56,563 nt of DNA from a virus (Duplodnaviria; Caudoviricetes). Within the stretch, counting starts at the first letter, position 1. Every line of letters begins with the position of its first letter. The position numbers and the translations under genes are program-made. Below are positions 21,644 to 31,659 of this stretch, piece by piece. The DNA lies in IMG/VR virus record IMGVR_UViG_3300044639_001130, positions 1-56,563 of that record; one strand, 5' to 3'. The notes under the pieces were generated by a model, which was given only the letters and a program-made list of their open reading frames with translations, did not search any database and was not told where the DNA came from.

Positions 21644-24600
21644 TACATTCAATAAGGGTATAAATCAAGATGTAGATTTTATTTTACAACCAGATGGAAC
21701 CTATAGGAATATGAAAAATGGAATGCTTATCTCCATGGATGGGCATCATTTTACAATAGAAATATCTAAAGGAAATAAGTCAATTAAGACATTAAATCCT
21801 AGATATACTGAAGATGAAACCCTATTTGATTCCCCCCCAATGCCTATTGGATTCGTTTCTTTTGTAGATAAGTTAGTTGTATTTAGCACTAATGATGTCG
21901 GCACAGGAGGATATGGAGAAATAGGGGTAATGACATTTAAAAAGATACAAGATGATTTTGTGTCTACATATACTCCTTATTACCACCATCCCGATTTAAA
22001 CTTTTCTAAGTATCATAAAATAGAAGGATTTTCCTTTAGAGAAAATGAATCTGTGGAAAGAGTTTATTTTACAGACAATAATAACGAGCCTAGAGTATTT
22101 GATATAGCTAATCCTATATTTACCAATTACATAGGAACTTCAGGAATAGACATAACTCCAGGAATACTAAAACAATATATGGTCTTGGAAGGAGTTATAT
22201 ATTACGCAGGAAACATGTATGGACCAACTGATGGAAGTGGAGCTATAGTTTCAAATATATTTTATTCAAACGGAATAGATAGTACATATATTTTAATTAC
22301 TCCTGCCGCAAAAGTAATAGAGTGTTACCCTCTTTCTTTATTAGATTGGACTCCATCTAGAAATTTAGGTAATATTAAGTTTAAAGAGTATGCGGCAGGA
22401 GCTAAGAATTGTGGTTCTAGCGTATATTTTTATAGACTTTATTCTAGCGAAGGAAAAGTTTCTACAACTTGGAGCTATCCAAGTACCCCTATTCATGTTG
22501 GAATGAATAATATAGGTTCTGCATTAACAGGAAATAAATATAGAGATTTTGTAGGTAACGGCAGCACAACAACACTAGCCTTAAGTCCTTATTCTGTAGT
22601 AGTTACAATATCAGGAATAGATACAGATTTTGATACAATAGAATTATGTTGCGCGGAGTACACCCAAGTTAATGACGTTCCATATATTATAAAAATAGTT
22701 AATAGGGTTGCTGTTACAGGGACGGAGATGGATATAGAAGATAACGGAGGAAGTAATTTCGGAGACGTATCCATAAGTGATTTAACGCTGTTTCCTGCAA
22801 GTATATTGAAAGTAAAAACTTTAACCACGGACAAGAACTATAACTTAATAGGAAACATAACAGAAAGAGAAGAATTTGATTTAGATTTAACAGGAGTTAC
22901 ATTAAGCCAATTTCAATACCCTATGCCATCTCATGGAGATATTACTAATTGTTCAAATGGAAATGTTTTTTTAGATGTAAGTCCCAGCGTTGTAGCAAAT
23001 CCTGGGGTTGGAGGTGTATTACCTCATAGTAGATGGATTGTTAAATTAGGAAATAATACTACCGATACGGTTGAATATCCTAGCGGTAGTGGTACTTTTT
23101 ATGTAACGGGGCAAATTATAACAGGAATAGAATATTCAGCATCAGTAGGAGATGAATCCGCCATAGCTTTTACAGGCTCTGCGTCTGTAAGACCTTGTAC
23201 GACAAGAAATAGATATACATCTATTGCAACTGGAGATAGAGTTGAGGATTATATTGAATTTACTAATCAAGACACTTCATTTTGGGATTATAAGAACCCT
23301 GCGGTGGCGTCTCACAATAAAGGATATTGGAGTAGCGAAAAATATAGATTTGGAATATTATTTTTTGATAAAAAAGGTAATCCGTATTATGTAAAATATA
23401 TTAATGATTTTGATTTTTCTACACCTTACGCTAAAGGAGGGTTAATGGTAGAGGATAACATAAGCAGTTCATTAAAATCGTATGCTTTAAACCCATCTGC
23501 AATTAAATTATCAGATTTGAATATACCTGAATCTATAATGAATGAGGTTAGCGGATTTAGTATAGTTAGAGCAGAAAGAGATAAGCGTATTTTGACTCAA
23601 GGTTTATTAATGCAAACGGTTATAGACCCTACAATAGGCGCTAATAGATTAATGCCTTTAGGAATTAGTAAGACTAACTTGAGTTATTACGACACTTTTT
23701 ATACACCTAAAGGAGATTTATCTACATGTATTTGCCCGGATTGGCTAGTTGGCTATGTTCCTAACAATACTCAATCTGGAATAGGGTATATAGGAGAAAA
23801 AATAGAAGAAGCTTTTTGGTTAGACGGAGGCGATATTAGAGCGCATAGTGATTTTCATGTATTAACAACAAAAATGTTTAATACTATGCCTCCGGACACA
23901 CTCTCTCCAAGAGTAAGGACTTTACAAAGCATGAATGGAAGTGGAGGTAAAGGATTTGATGAGTATCATGGAGATGTTGATTTAATAGATGATAGAGACT
24001 TTTATAATAGGGAGAGTGATTTAAGTGCCTATTCAGTTAATAACGATTATGGATTTGCAGTTAATTATAGTTGTGTTGCTTCTCAAAATTGGGATTTAAA
24101 CTACCAAGTTATTCCTTTGATTAAGTCTGTAGGCTGTAGAAAATTAATGATTATGCCAAGTGCTTTTAACCATTACGGTCCTGCTCCAGACAGTTATAAC
24201 TGGTGGGGGCAAAGATATAATTATAAGAAAATTGTAATTAATTTTTTATCTAATAAAGAAAAATCAGCTCAGTATGGAGGTCAGTCAGAATCTGCAATAG
24301 CTAATACTTTGTATATATCTACGGGTCATTTTCAACCTATTAACGATGCCGTTAAAGCGGATACTTTAAATGGAAGTTTTCCTAACGGAGAAAATAAATA
24401 CACTTTTAATGATATAGAGATATTTGGAGGAGACTGCTTTACTAATCTTTTTGATATAAATTATGGATTATGGAGCCAAGAATATCAAACAACAGATAAT
24501 TCTATGTCTTATAGTTTATTTTTTCCATGCGAAGGAACCGTAAATTATAATTTAAGAAGAGGGAATAAGGCATCAAACATAAGTACGTATCCTGCCGCTC

Positions 24601-26075
24601 CTAATAGCATAAATTGGGATAGTCCAAGTGGAACAATATTAGAAGGATATTCTTACAATAAAGGATATAGTACAGATGGAACCGCCATTAAATACCCTGG
24701 ACTTCCTTTTAACTTTCAGTTTAGCTCTAAGTTTGAATACAGAACAAGATTTGCAGGAATTAAATACCCCGGCGAGGCTGTAGATTCTTTTAGAAAGTTT
24801 TTAACAGCAGATTATAAAGACTTAGATGGTCAATTAGGAGAAATCAATAATATTCGTTCTAAGGATGGTAGAGTTCTTGTTTGGCAAAACCATGCAGTAA
24901 GTTCTGTTCCCGTGTTAGAAAGGCAGTTATTAGCATCTACAAGCGGAGCAGCAACCACTATCGGTACGGGCGGAGTAATAGACCGTTTTGACCCTATTAA
25001 TTCTTATTTTGGTAATCAACATCAACACGGATTAACTTCTACGGAGTTTGGTTACGTTTGGTTTGATATGAGAAATAGAGCCTTATGTATAATGAGTGTT
25101 GCGGGGAATGTTCAAGAAATATCATTAGTAAAAGGATTACAGTCTTACTTTAATAATCAATTTAATGAAGGGGATGATAATACGCTAACTCCTTCTAACA
25201 TCTACAACACAAATAATTATTCTATGCCCGAAATTCCTTTATTAGGTTATGGCATAGTTGGAGTTTATGACCCAAGATATAAAATGTCTTATGTTACTTT
25301 TAAATATGCTTATGACGAGTCTTTATTAGGTAAAAAAATTAGGATAACTGCAAAAGACTTTACTATTGGATATTCTCATGTATTAGATGCTATTGTAGGT
25401 TTTTATGATTTTACTCCCGGAATATGGCATAATCATAATGATTTAGTATTAAGTGTAAATAACTCTAAAAACTACGTTTATTATGGTGCCAATATGCCTG
25501 AGACTACATTTAATATTGGAGATGTTGTTAAGGTTGATAATGATGATTTTGAGAATAGTCTTTGGGGAGAGTATGTTTGTATTAAGCCAGTAACCATATA
25601 CTCTTATCTTGTTGACGCTAGTTTAGAGCCTGCTTATCCGGGAAGTGTATATTGGGTTAAGATAAACTCAGAAAATGAGATTTACTTACAAACATTCAAT
25701 ACTGATTATTGTAAGTTTTATGGTAAAGTTTATGACCACGAAGTAGAGGTTATTGTTAATCCAAAAGCAGACCAAGCATTTTCCGTATTAAGAATACAAC
25801 AAAAGTCTAATGACACTAATTATTCTTCTGTTTACTTCTCTACTGATGACCAATCTGCTCAAGATACTAACATAGTTAATAATAGTAAAACTTATAGATA
25901 TATAGATAAGAGTTATTATAGTTCTGCTCCATTACCAAGAACAGGCGGCAGATTGACAGACCACTACGTTAAGATTAAATTTGTATTAAAGAATTATTTA
26001 ACTAATCCTACTATAGCTAAGAATAAGAATAAGATATTTCAATTCTTAAAAACTTGGTTTATATCTAGAGATTAA
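21615..26075 (+). CDS. tail nozzle/stabilisation protein (P22 gp10 / crAss muzzle-like)
   Basis: 1486 aa; N-terminal NTFNKGINQD, VYFTDNNNEPR, YRFGILFFDKKG, FGGDCF and YFGNQH motifs. Confidence 0.75.
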   Translation: MDMEEQAIINTFNKGINQDVDFILQPDGTYRNMKNGMLISMDGHHFTIEISKGNKSIKTLNPRYTEDETLFDSPPMPIGFVSFVDKLVVFSTNDVGTGGYGEIGVMTFKKIQDDFVSTYTPYYHHPDLNFSKYHKIEGFSFRENESVERVYFTDNNNEPRVFDIANPIFTNYIGTSGIDITPGILKQYMVLEGVIYYAGNMYGPTDGSGAIVSNIFYSNGIDSTYILITPAAKVIECYPLSLLDWTPSRNLGNIKFKEYAAGAKNCGSSVYFYRLYSSEGKVSTTWSYPSTPIHVGMNNIGSALTGNKYRDFVGNGSTTTLALSPYSVVVTISGIDTDFDTIELCCAEYTQVNDVPYIIKIVNRVAVTGTEMDIEDNGGSNFGDVSISDLTLFPASILKVKTLTTDKNYNLIGNITEREEFDLDLTGVTLSQFQYPMPSHGDITNCSNGNVFLDVSPSVVANPGVGGVLPHSRWIVKLGNNTTDTVEYPSGSGTFYVTGQIITGIEYSASVGDESAIAFTGSASVRPCTTRNRYTSIATGDRVEDYIEFTNQDTSFWDYKNPAVASHNKGYWSSEKYRFGILFFDKKGNPYYVKYINDFDFSTPYAKGGLMVEDNISSSLKSYALNPSAIKLSDLNIPESIMNEVSGFSIVRAERDKRILTQGLLMQTVIDPTIGANRLMPLGISKTNLSYYDTFYTPKGDLSTCICPDWLVGYVPNNTQSGIGYIGEKIEEAFWLDGGDIRAHSDFHVLTTKMFNTMPPDTLSPRVRTLQSMNGSGGKGFDEYHGDVDLIDDRDFYNRESDLSAYSVNNDYGFAVNYSCVASQNWDLNYQVIPLIKSVGCRKLMIMPSAFNHYGPAPDSYNWWGQRYNYKKIVINFLSNKEKSAQYGGQSESAIANTLYISTGHFQPINDAVKADTLNGSFPNGENKYTFNDIEIFGGDCFTNLFDINYGLWSQEYQTTDNSMSYSLFFPCEGTVNYNLRRGNKASNISTYPAAPNSINWDSPSGTILEGYSYNKGYSTDGTAIKYPGLPFNFQFSSKFEYRTRFAGIKYPGEAVDSFRKFLTADYKDLDGQLGEINNIRSKDGRVLVWQNHAVSSVPVLERQLLASTSGAATTIGTGGVIDRFDPINSYFGNQHQHGLTSTEFGYVWFDMRNRALCIMSVAGNVQEISLVKGLQSYFNNQFNEGDDNTLTPSNIYNTNNYSMPEIPLLGYGIVGVYDPRYKMSYVTFKYAYDESLLGKKIRITAKDFTIGYSHVLDAIVGFYDFTPGIWHNHNDLVLSVNNSKNYVYYGANMPETTFNIGDVVKVDNDDFENSLWGEYVCIKPVTIYSYLVDASLEPAYPGSVYWVKINSENEIYLQTFNTDYCKFYGKVYDHEVEVIVNPKADQAFSVLRIQQKSNDTNYSSVYFSTDDQSAQDTNIVNNSKTYRYIDKSYYSSAPLPRTGGRLTDHYVKIKFVLKNYLTNPTIAKNKNKIFQFLKTWFISRD

Positions 26076-26102
26076 AAATATTTTAAAAAAATATGACAAA
26101 TT

Positions 26103-26128
26103 TGTAACCTTTCATAATTTCTTTCGTT
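26103..26128 (+). promoter_or_regulatory. ECF-sigma-like promoter TGTAAC-N16-CGTT
   Basis: Same motif and spacing at 51215-51240 on the - strand. Confidence 0.5.
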
Positions 26129-26161
26129 AAACAAGTATAAACCCTTTAAAACTTAGAAATT

Positions 26162-26632
26162 ATGAAAGCAATCACATTATCAATCTTATTAGCAACTTTA
26201 ACTGTTAGCTCATTATCTTCTCAAATTAAAAGAACTTCTGTTTATAATGAAAAATTAAAAAGAGATGTTTTTATCAGATATAATGAATACGCTTTAGTTT
26301 TTGACTCTCCATTACTATCTAACGAAAAGATATTTGTAAATGTAAAATCAGATAGCTTAGATAATGGATATATTAATTTCTTTATTTATATCTATTTTCC
26401 AAAAAACATTAATCCAAATGGATTAAATATTGTAATAGGATATGAGGATGGAACTACTGAAATCTTTCAACAAACTCAATTTGATGGCGAAGATAATTAC
26501 GCTGAATATTCTGCTATTGATAATATTAACAATATCTCATCTAAGAAAGTGCAATATATTACACTTAGAGGTATTAAAAAGTTTAATATTAACGATAAAA
26601 CATACTTTATAGACTTCTTTAAGGCTTTATAG
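26162..26632 (+). CDS. signal-peptide-bearing accessory protein
   Basis: MKAITLSILLATLTVSSLSSQ resembles a Bacteroidota Sec signal peptide with Gln after the cleavage site. Confidence 0.6.
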   Translation: MKAITLSILLATLTVSSLSSQIKRTSVYNEKLKRDVFIRYNEYALVFDSPLLSNEKIFVNVKSDSLDNGYINFFIYIYFPKNINPNGLNIVIGYEDGTTEIFQQTQFDGEDNYAEYSAIDNINNISSKKVQYITLRGIKKFNINDKTYFIDFFKAL

Positions 26633-26678
26633 TTATTTGTTTTTTTACTACATTTGTTTATAATAAAAAAATGTAGTT

Positions 26679-29600
26679 ATGCCAGAAAAAGATAAAGACA
26701 AAAATCCTAAAAATGTTTCCGATACAGACACTTTAATACAAAAAGCAAAGTTTGTTAAAGAGGCTCCAAAAGGAGAAGAATGGAAAAAAGTCACTTCTGA
26801 CGGCAAAGAAGTTTACGTAAGAAGAACAAAAAAAGAAACTCCTCCTACAGAAACTCCTGCTACACCACTTCCTCCTACTAAAACTAAAACTAAATATAAA
26901 GGACCTCCTCCAAGTAATAAGTCAAGACCAAAGCCAAAGCCTAAAGAGACTCCAAAAGAAGAAGATTTTACGGAAGAAGTGGTTATGATTGAAGGGAAAG
27001 CCCCTCCTGCTGAAAAAACAGGAATATTTGGCGGCACTCAAACTTACGAAAACATAGACCCCGCAAAACAATGGGGAGCTGATTACGGAATAACAACTGT
27101 TGAAACTCCTGATGCTGAAGGAAGATTTAGTAATACATCAAGGAAATATAATCTTGATAAAGAGGGTAGAGAGGTTGTTTATGATAAAGCTAATCCATTA
27201 AAAAATTTTAAAGATGGTAAATTTGTCCCAACATATACAGGAAGAACTATTGAGGATATACGAAAAGAATATGAAACTCAACAAATAGAAACTCCTGCAA
27301 TAAGCGGAGTAAATAAAGCTAATCCTAATTATAAAGGAAGTTTAATGATGCCGGGAACTAAAGCTACAAGAATAGCTGGTGGCGGTGGTGGAGAGTTTAA
27401 TCAAATGAACGTAGGTGAAATCCCAGGGGCTTTATCTACTGCTCCTGTTGGATACATTGAACAAAAATACGATACTCAAGGAAATCCTATCACTACTCCA
27501 AATGTAGGAGTTCAAATGAATACAAAAAATATAAATCCTTTAATAGAAAAAGAAATGAAAGTTGGAAAAATGTACGATATTCCTAGTGAAGAACCTGTAT
27601 TAATACCAGGTAAATTTGCTAAAGGAGGTTCTGTAAAGGCTCCTAAAATGAAAAAGTATGCTAATGGAACTAATCCTGACGGAACTCCTTCTAGCCCTGC
27701 AAACCAAAATAATACTCAAGGAAGCATACAACCTGGAACTGTTCAAATAGGTGGTGGTCAAGGGCAATATGGCGTCGCAGGAAATGCAACTACTGCTACA
27801 GGAGATACATCTGCTCAAACAGGAGATACTAAGACTCAAGAAGATATAAGTAAACAAGCAAAACAAGATAAGGCATCCAAAGCATCAAAACAAATTGGGG
27901 GTTATTTAATGACTGCCGGAAATCAGATGTACAATAAGCCTAGAGATTTTTCTGCTAGTGAAAAAGAAAGTCAAAACGCACAATCTTTAAATACAACAGT
28001 TGATACTGTGGCAAATGCTATTCCTGTTGTTGGAGCATGGTACGGAGCAGCTATGGGAGCTTCTAAAATGGGAAGGTCTATGCTTAAAACGGATAAATAT
28101 GGACAACCTATATCCGGAACAGATGCAGCGCTTAATGAATTAATGACGCCTACGCATGAACACGCTTTAGATGCCGCAGCAAAAGGAGATGCCGCTGGTA
28201 CAGTTAGAGAAATAACTGGGGTTGGTAAAATAGGTAGAGCTATTACTCAATTTGCAGGAGAAGGAGATACTAGAACTGGATTTTGGGGAGATGTTAATAA
28301 AGCACTTGGAACTAACGAAAAATCAGATGCTGCAAAAAAATTCATGGATGAGCAGTTAGCTAAAGCTAAATCAGAAGATGCCGCTTATAAGCAGCAACAA
28401 CTTATTGCAAATAGAAATGCTGGAAATTTAGAAGGCGCTCAGCCTCAAGGTTTATACGATTTGTCTAATCCTGAATATGATGAGAATAGACAATTAATAC
28501 TAAAGCCAGGATATGCTAAAGGAGGCGTTATTGGCGCTGCTAAAATGATGTATGCTAAAGGAGGTACGATAAAAGGTAAAGGTGGTCCAAAAGAAGATGC
28601 TATATTAACTAAAGCTAATGATAAGGGTATTGCACCTGGTAGTTTTATAGTTCCTGCTGAGAATAACGATAAGGCTAAAGGAATAAGAGCTGCTTTATTT
28701 GGAAACGGTAATAAGAAAGCTGAATTTAAAAAAGAAGGCGGAGAAACTAAAGCAGATGTTGCCGTAAGTAACGGAGAGCATTTATTTACTCCTAAAGAAA
28801 GAAAAAAGATTATTAACTACTTAGGAGAAGAGATTTTAGAAGAGTTAGCTCCTGATGCAGAAGAAAATAACGAAGAAAAAGAAATGAATATGGGTGGTAT
28901 GTTAGGAAATATGACTGACAGAACAAATATGAGAGAATATGTAAAAGGAGGATTAACTAAATCTAAAGCTAAGATTATGCTACATGAAGGTATGGCTAAT
29001 GGTAAACCTATTACAGAACAACAACGTAAATATTTTGGTTGGGTAGCAGGCGGAAGTAAAGAATCTAAAATGGATGGCGGCGATATTCATGGTTATGCTA
29101 TGGGTACGGATGTAGAAGGGGTAGAAGATGTGCCTGTATCTAATAAAACTTATGCAGAATTGATTACACCTCCTTATAGCTGGAAAGGCTCTAAAGAAGC
29201 ATATAAAGCCGCTGCTGATAAAGCAATTAAAGAAGGTAAAGTTGTTCCTAAAGAAGGAGTAACAGCCGTTGCAACTACTAAATCTGTTAAAGCTCCTTCT
29301 GCTAAAGGTGGTAAAAAAGTTCCTGAATCAGCGAGGTTTGTTCCTAAAATGGCAGACGAATCCGGAGGAGAAGATGTTATTGTTCCGGGTTCACCTAAAT
29401 ACGAATCTGATGAAAGTATCATTGGACCAGACCCGTTTTCTGAAGAAGAAAAAAGAAAAAGAGAAAAAGCATCTTTAGCTAGAGTATCAGACTCTACTGC
29501 TCCAACATCTCCATCTGCTCCAAGAAAAGGATTAGGAGATTATGTAGGAAATATTGACCCTACATCTATAGCTGCAATGATGCAGATAGCTGGAGGTAAG

Positions 29601-30119
29601 AAATTATTAGCTAAAGGCAGTAGACCTACAGATGTATCTAAAATAGACCCTACTTGGAATGCTGCTGTGGAAAGAGCACAAAGAGAAGCTGCTTTTGGTT
29701 ATACTCCCGAACAAGCTGTTTTATTAGAGCAACAAAGAATTAATGCTCTTAATGATGCTAGATTTGCGGGTAGAAACTTAGCTGGCGGAAGCGCAAGTAC
29801 TGCTTTTCAACAAGAGCGTCAAGCTATTAATCAAGGGTGGTCTAATGCTTTACAATTAAAATCTTCCGACCAACAATTAAGAATGGAAAAACAACAATAT
29901 GCTGACCAAGCGGTTAGAGATAGAGCTGCATTCTTAGATTCTCAACGTAGAAGAGCATTTGGTGACGCTATGGACACTTATAACGTTAATCAAGAAAGTG
30001 GTTCCGCTTTAGTAGGGGCAGGCGTTAGAAACGCTATAGGAGCTTATAGATACCAAAAAGAATTAGATGCTCAGGAAAAAGCAGCTAAGGTAGCAGGCGC
30101 TCCTGTATATAAAGTATAA
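26679..30119 (+). CDS. large internal virion (ejection/cargo) protein
   Basis: 1146 aa; repeated (Y/F)AxGG motifs, G/A-rich helices; follows the nozzle gene. Confidence 0.55.
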   Translation: MPEKDKDKNPKNVSDTDTLIQKAKFVKEAPKGEEWKKVTSDGKEVYVRRTKKETPPTETPATPLPPTKTKTKYKGPPPSNKSRPKPKPKETPKEEDFTEEVVMIEGKAPPAEKTGIFGGTQTYENIDPAKQWGADYGITTVETPDAEGRFSNTSRKYNLDKEGREVVYDKANPLKNFKDGKFVPTYTGRTIEDIRKEYETQQIETPAISGVNKANPNYKGSLMMPGTKATRIAGGGGGEFNQMNVGEIPGALSTAPVGYIEQKYDTQGNPITTPNVGVQMNTKNINPLIEKEMKVGKMYDIPSEEPVLIPGKFAKGGSVKAPKMKKYANGTNPDGTPSSPANQNNTQGSIQPGTVQIGGGQGQYGVAGNATTATGDTSAQTGDTKTQEDISKQAKQDKASKASKQIGGYLMTAGNQMYNKPRDFSASEKESQNAQSLNTTVDTVANAIPVVGAWYGAAMGASKMGRSMLKTDKYGQPISGTDAALNELMTPTHEHALDAAAKGDAAGTVREITGVGKIGRAITQFAGEGDTRTGFWGDVNKALGTNEKSDAAKKFMDEQLAKAKSEDAAYKQQQLIANRNAGNLEGAQPQGLYDLSNPEYDENRQLILKPGYAKGGVIGAAKMMYAKGGTIKGKGGPKEDAILTKANDKGIAPGSFIVPAENNDKAKGIRAALFGNGNKKAEFKKEGGETKADVAVSNGEHLFTPKERKKIINYLGEEILEELAPDAEENNEEKEMNMGGMLGNMTDRTNMREYVKGGLTKSKAKIMLHEGMANGKPITEQQRKYFGWVAGGSKESKMDGGDIHGYAMGTDVEGVEDVPVSNKTYAELITPPYSWKGSKEAYKAAADKAIKEGKVVPKEGVTAVATTKSVKAPSAKGGKKVPESARFVPKMADESGGEDVIVPGSPKYESDESIIGPDPFSEEEKRKREKASLARVSDSTAPTSPSAPRKGLGDYVGNIDPTSIAAMMQIAGGKKLLAKGSRPTDVSKIDPTWNAAVERAQREAAFGYTPEQAVLLEQQRINALNDARFAGRNLAGGSASTAFQQERQAINQGWSNALQLKSSDQQLRMEKQQYADQAVRDRAAFLDSQRRRAFGDAMDTYNVNQESGSALVGAGVRNAIGAYRYQKELDAQEKAAKVAGAPVYKV

Positions 30120-30139
30120 ATAAAATACAACAAAAGTTC

Positions 30140-30170
30140 AAAAAAGGAAATGTAAAAAGTTTCCTTTTTT
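30140..30170 (+). terminator. intrinsic terminator
   Basis: AAAAAAGGAAA...TTTCCTTTTTT stem. Confidence 0.7.
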
Positions 30171-30217
30171 GCATTATATGAATATTAAAAATTAGTATCT
30201 TTAAACAAAAATTACTT

Positions 30218-31648
30218 ATGGCAATAGAAGCAGGTTTAGCTCGTGGTTTAGCTCAAGATTTTCAATACGACCAACGTATTCAAGACTTACGCTACCAAAA
30301 ACAAGAAATGGACAGGGCACAGTCTCTTAACGCTGCAAAAGTTAAGATGTTTGTAGATGATACGGACTATATGAATGCCGTTAACTCATTTGATAATCCT
30401 AGAATAAAGCAGTATAGTGAAGATGTAATAAAGGGTTTGGGTAAATATATTAATGAGAATCCTGATTATATGTACGATGCTCAGAAAATGATGGAAGTAA
30501 AAAGGATGAAAAGACAATTAAAAGATAATCCTTATTTACATCAAGGTATGGCTTCTGATGACAATATAAAAAAGTATAATGATGATTTAGCAGAAGTTGC
30601 TAAAAACCCTGAAAGACATAGTAAGGGCGCTTATGAAAAAATTGCTTTACAATTAGAGAATTATAAAAAATTTGGTAATCAAGATGGGGAAGATGCGGCA
30701 AGAGCATTAGGCACAAAAGCATTCTCGTATACTAAGCCTAGAGACTATAGAGATTTGAATGAAGATTGGAAAGTTTTAGGAAATGGATGGAAAGATGTTA
30801 AACAGACATCTATGGCAGGTAAAGGAAGAAATGCTTTTTCTGAATACGCTAACCCTGAAACTTTAAAAATAACCGCTAACCAATACTATTCTCAAAACAA
30901 AGAGCAAATAGATGAAGAAGCTACCAAAGAAGGATTAGACCCTATTTCTTATGTAATGAAAGGAATAGATGCTCATATACCTAAAAAAGTTGATTATGGA
31001 GATTATGGATTAATGGATGCCATGACCATGAGGTCTTTAGCTAAAAGAGATGCAGCGGGTAGCACTAAACCTGAAACCAGTTCTACTTGGGATTATGAAA
31101 TTAGACAAAAGGAAGAAGGAAAAGATAGTGGAGAAAAGTTTGATAGAGTATTTGGTATTCCTAAAAATGTTACTATAAAAGATAATAAAGGTAATCCTTA
31201 CGATTTAACAGGAATAGAGTTTAAGCATACAGGAAGCCATAAAGTGTTTGAAGAAACCGTAATGGGTAAAGATGGAAAACCAAAAAAAGTAAAAGTTAAA
31301 AAAGCTTTAGTATTTGCTGATTTACCTACAGACCAATCTGATGAAATTGGAATTACAAAAAACCCTATGTTTTTTGGAAATTCAGAAATAAGTTCAAGCT
31401 TTGTTGGAAATTCGGCAATATCATTAGTGGACAGAGTTAATAAAGATGGGAAATCAATCAAAGCTGCTCAAATTAAAACATGGGTTCCTATTGATGTAGA
31501 TAACCAATCACAAAGAGGTGAGTACGATAAAATAGGATTAGCTAGTAGATACCAAGAAGGGGTAGACCAAGGTAATACAAATGAAGTAGAACAAAATGGT
31601 TACATATACGACAAAACAACAGGTCAGGCTTTAAGAAAAGCACAATAA
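30218..31648 (+). CDS. internal virion (ejection) protein
   Basis: Helical, charged protein in the cargo cluster. Confidence 0.45.
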   Translation: MAIEAGLARGLAQDFQYDQRIQDLRYQKQEMDRAQSLNAAKVKMFVDDTDYMNAVNSFDNPRIKQYSEDVIKGLGKYINENPDYMYDAQKMMEVKRMKRQLKDNPYLHQGMASDDNIKKYNDDLAEVAKNPERHSKGAYEKIALQLENYKKFGNQDGEDAARALGTKAFSYTKPRDYRDLNEDWKVLGNGWKDVKQTSMAGKGRNAFSEYANPETLKITANQYYSQNKEQIDEEATKEGLDPISYVMKGIDAHIPKKVDYGDYGLMDAMTMRSLAKRDAAGSTKPETSSTWDYEIRQKEEGKDSGEKFDRVFGIPKNVTIKDNKGNPYDLTGIEFKHTGSHKVFEETVMGKDGKPKKVKVKKALVFADLPTDQSDEIGITKNPMFFGNSEISSSFVGNSAISLVDRVNKDGKSIKAAQIKTWVPIDVDNQSQRGEYDKIGLASRYQEGVDQGNTNEVEQNGYIYDKTTGQALRKAQ

Positions 31649-31659
31649 AAATAAAAGAT

